A stretch of DNA of 64,000 nucleotides, taken from positions 1-64,000 of the forward strand of contig MU008165.1 of the NCBI GenBank assembly GCA_010909165.1, written 5' to 3'. Below are positions 59,789 to 64,000 of the stretch, piece by piece (the stretch's first letter is position 1; the number at the start of each line of letters is the position of its first letter). The notes beneath the pieces were generated by a model, which saw only the letters and a list, made by a program, of their open reading frames with translations, was not told where the DNA came from and did not search any database. Both the position numbers and the translations under genes were made by a program. The DNA is from Anthoceros angustus (taxonomy: Eukaryota > Plantae > Anthocerotophyta).

Positions 59789-61552
59789 TCAGTCCGAGTC
59801 CGAGTCGTCTGAGTCCGAGTCGTCCGAGTCTGAGTCCGATTCCGACTCTGAGTCCGCGGCAGTACAAACAAACCAAGGACAGATGCTGACATGAGCACGA
59901 CCTTCTTGGGAGTCGAACCTTGGCTGGAAAAGGGAAAGGTTGCTGTGCGGAGATCTAAGCCCTTCACTACCCATTTTCAGCTGCATCCACCGCACCGACC
60001 CGCAAGACAGGTTGCAGACTAGCACCAGATGCAACCCCTGATTAAAGCACGAGAACCTCGGATTTCGGATGGTGAAGATCCAGACGATGTCGTCGTCAGG
60101 CATGTAGCAGTAGTCCACAAACTTCCAGGGGCACCAGGGCCCTCCCCAAATCTCAGACTTGCTCTCGATGCGGACGATTAGATGCAGCTTCCAGGACTGA
60201 TTCCTCTCCCCCTCCTGAACAAGCTCCCAGATTTGAATGTGCGAAGGACCGTAGATACTGACCCGGTCCCTTTTCGGCAGGTCCGGAACCGGGGGCAGCA
60301 TCACTGCGCGCGACGTGTTCCTGCCATCCACAACGGGTGCCTCGTGGGTGACCACCAGCATGCGGGAGCTGTCGTGGGTCTGGACAGGGAAGATCCGATC
60401 GTCCCTGCCGTTGGGAGCCACGACCCTTTCCCACCTCTTCGTCTTGATATGGTAGGCGAGCAAGACACTGTCAATACACCAGTTGTTCCCTCTGGACGGG
60501 GTGCCGTTGTCTGGGCAATCGATCTCCCTGTAGCTGTAGAAGATTCCTGCATCGCTGTAATACTGGATCCTGCCCGTGCTGACGTCCTTGGTCCTGCTGT
60601 TCGGCAGAATCATGTTGGGCCAGTGGTTGCTAAGGCTCCAGGAATTGGTCACGGAGTCGTACACCGCGGTGAGAGCCCTGGAGGTATCTGCGGTCACCTC
60701 ATTGGAGGTCCCTATGACAACAACCCTGTACGCTCCCGCATTGTGGCGCCTCGTGTCCACCACCATGTCCAGCTCCCTGGGGCACATGAGCCAGGAGCCC
60801 GCATCCGGCCTGGCAGCCCTCAAGGGCGGCAGCTCCCACCTCGCCCTGGTCAGAGGATTGCACATGAAAATGCGAGATTGCCACCCGTCATGGTCCTCCA
60901 GGGGCGGATCGGACGGGTCCGAAATCGGGATCGCCCGCTGGAAGTTGAAGGCGTAGCAGATGAAGCCTCCAGATACACAGACCAGGCTTAACCCACTAAA
61001 CCCAGCCATCGTGGAAATCGAAAAAAAGGTGCGCTCGGGGTCGGCGGCACGGAACCGGCGGCCCAGCTCCCAGGCTACCAACTTCAAGGCGATTCCTGAA
61101 GGCCCAGTGTTCGTCCTGATGAGCATGGAGCTGTGGCGATGGCGCGCGTCTCCGTCTTCGTCTTTGACCTGGCTCCAGCTTCGCACGAAGTGCGCAGACT
61201 GCACCAACGACCTCCACTGCTTGCACACATAATTGAACCGCCACAAGTCCTTCACAGGCAGGAAGAGCAGCACCCGCTCCTGCAGCTCCTGAGGCAGGAA
61301 CCGCCACACGGCCGGATCCATTTCCTCCGCTTGCTTCTCCTCCTGCCTCGGTACAGCAAGCTCCTGTCCCGCACTTGGGCTTCCTTCCATACCCACCAGC
61401 TTAGTCTCCGCCTCAGAGCCTCCAAGCGAACCTTTAGGTCTTTCCCAACGCCCTGAACAGGAACGGAAAGACGGTGGACAACGACGGAAAGCAGGCCCAG
61501 GACGGGCCCCACTTCCTGCCACGGTCTTCGAGATTTCCTCCCTCGCTCCCAT
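59789..61552 (-). CDS. Intronless F-box protein with kelch/FBA-like C-terminal region
   Basis: MDPAVWRFLPQELQERVLLFLPVKDLWRFNYVCKQWRSLVQSAHF (F-box), SGGFIC, MCNPLTRARWELPP, VYDSVTNSW and LFQPRFD, followed by an acidic SD tail. Confidence 0.9.
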   Translation of the reverse strand: MGAREEISKTVAGSGARPGPAFRRCPPSFRSCSGRWERPKGSLGGSEAETKLVGMEGSPSAGQELAVPRQEEKQAEEMDPAVWRFLPQELQERVLLFLPVKDLWRFNYVCKQWRSLVQSAHFVRSWSQVKDEDGDARHRHSSMLIRTNTGPSGIALKLVAWELGRRFRAADPERTFFSISTMAGFSGLSLVCVSGGFICYAFNFQRAIPISDPSDPPLEDHDGWQSRIFMCNPLTRARWELPPLRAARPDAGSWLMCPRELDMVVDTRRHNAGAYRVVVIGTSNEVTADTSRALTAVYDSVTNSWSLSNHWPNMILPNSRTKDVSTGRIQYYSDAGIFYSYREIDCPDNGTPSRGNNWCIDSVLLAYHIKTKRWERVVAPNGRDDRIFPVQTHDSSRMLVVTHEAPVVDGRNTSRAVMLPPVPDLPKRDRVSIYGPSHIQIWELVQEGERNQSWKLHLIVRIESKSEIWGGPWCPWKFVDYCYMPDDDIVWIFTIRNPRFSCFNQGLHLVLVCNLSCGSVRWMQLKMGSEGLRSPHSNLSLFQPRFDSQEGRAHVSICPWFVCTAADSESESDSDSDDSDSDDSDSD

Positions 61553-61952
61553 GGCTGTAGCGTTTCAATGCGCCTGGAATAACAGAAGAACAGAAAACGC
61601 CACCGAGATGTAGCTCAGACAGCACATCTACGCCCTGGCCCTGGCCCTGCTCCGAATATTCCTCGGCCTCGTCACAAGGTGGGCGAAGTGGCGCCAAGCA
61701 GGTGTACCTCTCTCGGAGCCCGGCCGCCCAGCAAGTTGCTGCATCCTGTCGGTCTGGTCAGTCTCCGGCCCTGCCCTTGCAAATGACCTATTCTCGGAGC
61801 CCAAAACCCCGGGAAGAACATGCAGCCATGAACTCCCGTTTCAAACAGTGGGCCTGCGCCGCTTGGAAGATCGACTCTACCTACATGTTCGTCAAGTGTA
61901 ATCTACTAAGTAAAATGTACATGCCAGTGCTTTACGTGTCTTCCAAAATTAG

Positions 61953-64000
61953 TCAGAAGCCTCCGTAGCCTCCACTGTTAAACCCCCCACCACTACCGTA
62001 GCTTCGGCTCCCTCCACCACCACCACTTTTCTGGCTGTTGGGACAGCTGCTCGCCCAGTGCCCAGATTGGTTGCACTTGAAGCATACGTCTTTGTCCCGT
62101 CCACCACCCTGACTACTGCTCATAAAGCCTCCGCCTGAGTTGCCAAAACCGCCTCCTCCAGAGCTGCCATAGCCGCCTCCTCCAGAGCTGCCATAGCCTC
62201 CTCCTCCAGAGCTGCCATAGCCGCCTCCTCCAGAGTTGCCATAGCCGCCTCCTCCTCCTCCAGAACTGCCGTAGCCTCCCCCAGAGTTGCCATACCCTCC
62301 TCCTCCTCCTCCTCCTCCAGAGTTGCCATACCCACCTCCTCCACCTCCAGAGTTGCCGTACCCACCTCCTCCTCCTCCAGCGTTGCCGTACCCACCACCT
62401 CCTCCTCCAGAGTTGCCATAACCGCCTCCCGTAGAGTTGCCAAATCCACCTCCCCCGGAGTTGCCAGACTTCCCTTCATTTGGGCAGTCTCGGGCGTAGT
62501 GTCCTTCCGCCCCGCACTTGAAGCAACCACTTCTAGAGCTGGACCCATTAGATGTGTTGTTGTCATACGTTTGACCATATGAGCCCCCTCCACCGGAGAA
62601 GCTGGCACCTGTTTGCCTACCGGCATCACCGCCATGGGGAGTGAAACCAGCCCCTTGCGAACCAGGTGTCGCGCCTGCCGTGGACAGCACATTGATCGGC
62701 TCACCCCTTACTAGCTTGCCAATGAGGTCCACCAGCAGCTGGGACTCCTGGATGTGGTTCACCCGATTACTACTTACCAAAGTGCACTTAACTCGCTGCT
62801 CGTCGTTGTAGCTCTCCTCCTTCACCTTCAACTTGAAGAGGTGCTGAGAGAGGTTGACATTGCGCAGTATTTCCCCGAATTTCGCAGAATCGTCCTGTTT
62901 CAGCTGGTGCAGTTCCTTAGCAGGAACTCCCATGAGCCCCTCCCCTGCCTCTTGAAAAGCTGTCACCCACGTTGTGCTAGTGTGGTCTTGCAACTGCATT
63001 TGGAGCATGTACTTATAGTCACATTCTTCAACCGTCTGATTGCATTTCTCACACCTCCATGTCCCATCTCCCATGCTGATCACTTTTTTGTTGCATTGTC
63101 TGTCAGCCGACTTCAGAGGGCAAGCAGTGTAGTACAAAGTATCTCCTTTGATGAAAGCGATGGTAGCCCGCACAAGAATCCAATCAGGCTTGTCCGATCT
63201 TCCGAGTCCCTCATCCTTAATCTGGGCAAGAGTTTTACGTAGCTCCGGTCTACTAGAAGTACCTCCTTCCCTGGAGACCGATTGACAAGGCATATTCCTG
63301 CCCTCCCGATCATACCATTCCCTCAACACGTGTGCTTCTGGGAGATCCGGATTGATCAATAGCAAACTGGTTGATATGGTTCCCACAGACTTGCCACTGA
63401 AATCATTCACTCGACCTGCCTTGAAAAGCAATACCGGGCACTGTCCTGAGTCACACAGCTCCTGAAGCTCCTGACCGGGCTTGCTACAAAATTCCCCCCA
63501 CATGGTCACCTCCACACTCTTCCCGGACCTATCCACGAGCTGAAGAGTCCGCTTTTGTGTCTCCTGGCCTGTCTTCCGGATGATTGGACTTGTGGGATTC
63601 ACAACAGTAACTATGCCTATGACATCAACCACAGCGCCAGTTTCCCTTTCTTCGATGCTGCTGACGGGAACAAAATTGTATTGCTGCTGCGGAATCCCAC
63701 CATCGTCAGGAGATGGCTCCAGTACCGACGTATGATCCAGAGTCAACTCCCACTCACTCTTCAAGTGGTTGAACTTTCGATCCGCAGCTTTCAGAGTGCC
63801 CTTGGATAGCATATACACCCGTCCCACTTCGACAATGTCAAAAATCTTATTTGCAACATCGTTGAAAGCAGTGGCCCGTATTTCACCGCCATCCGCATCA
63901 AGCATATCAAAACTGAAAACTGTTCCTGGCCCGTTCGCCTTATTGTACCTCTTCTTCGGCGATTTCCCAGTTACCCTAGCTTTGATTGTCCACCTGCCCT
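61953..64000 (-). CDS. RPA1: Replication protein A 70-kDa subunit with C-terminal CCHC zinc knuckles (RPA1C-like); 5' end outside the window
   Basis: GRWTIKARVTGK, GEIRATAFN, KPDWILVRATIAFIK, YTACP..CNKKV..WRCEKC, QDHTSTTWVTAFQE, two CX2CX4HX4C knuckles separated by GGGGYG(N/S)S repeats. Confidence 0.95.
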   Translation of the reverse strand, partial: GRWTIKARVTGKSPKKRYNKANGPGTVFSFDMLDADGGEIRATAFNDVANKIFDIVEVGRVYMLSKGTLKAADRKFNHLKSEWELTLDHTSVLEPSPDDGGIPQQQYNFVPVSSIEERETGAVVDVIGIVTVVNPTSPIIRKTGQETQKRTLQLVDRSGKSVEVTMWGEFCSKPGQELQELCDSGQCPVLLFKAGRVNDFSGKSVGTISTSLLLINPDLPEAHVLREWYDREGRNMPCQSVSREGGTSSRPELRKTLAQIKDEGLGRSDKPDWILVRATIAFIKGDTLYYTACPLKSADRQCNKKVISMGDGTWRCEKCNQTVEECDYKYMLQMQLQDHTSTTWVTAFQEAGEGLMGVPAKELHQLKQDDSAKFGEILRNVNLSQHLFKLKVKEESYNDEQRVKCTLVSSNRVNHIQESQLLVDLIGKLVRGEPINVLSTAGATPGSQGAGFTPHGGDAGRQTGASFSGGGGSYGQTYDNNTSNGSSSRSGCFKCGAEGHYARDCPNEGKSGNSGGGGFGNSTGGGYGNSGGGGGGYGNAGGGGGGYGNSGGGGGGYGNSGGGGGGGGYGNSGGGYGSSGGGGGGYGNSGGGGYGSSGGGGYGSSGGGGYGSSGGGGFGNSGGGFMSSSQGGGRDKDVCFKCNQSGHWASSCPNSQKSGGGGGSRSYGSGGGFNSGGYGGF
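62128..62470. repeat. Coding low-complexity tandem repeat (24-36-bp units, GYG[NS]SGGGG)
   Basis: CCAGAG(T/C)TGCC(A/G)TA(G/C)CC.CCTCCT repeated about 11 times. Confidence 0.9.

Overview
Gene-dense eukaryotic window with short GT-AG introns. It comes from a seed-free land plant: it carries a PLS/DYW PPR editing factor, a phytoglobin and a flagellar central-pair gene. A compact genome such as a hornwort or lycophyte is an inference only. Left to right: (1) nested retroelement debris (a solo LTR inside a CRE-like non-LTR element inside a Ty1/copia integrase); (2) an intronless ~1100-aa helical/TPR-like plus CHAT (caspase-superfamily) protease with an intact His/Cys dyad, followed by an inverted partial copy of itself and bracketed by tRNA-His-derived repeats, with one intact tRNA-His(GTG); (3) an AT-rich CFAP119/C1a-32 flagellar gene missed by the ORF track; (4) a GRX-like protein, a decayed exostosin copy with a 28-bp minisatellite, PPR and phytoglobin fragments, a peptidase C45/AAT gene, IMP3 and a DYW PPR gene; (5) a partly tandem-duplicated RTE-X-like LINE and a MULE/SWIM transposon with ~220-bp TIRs; (6) a plastid NAD-MDH pseudogene, GT47 exostosin, RsmE methyltransferase, a divergent eIF3a and an RsmE-PPR chimeric fragment; (7) RNase H2A, an F-box gene and the 3' part of an RPA1 with zinc knuckles. 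The most unusual item is the CHAT protease locus. All identifications rest on motif recognition by eye; no database searches were run.
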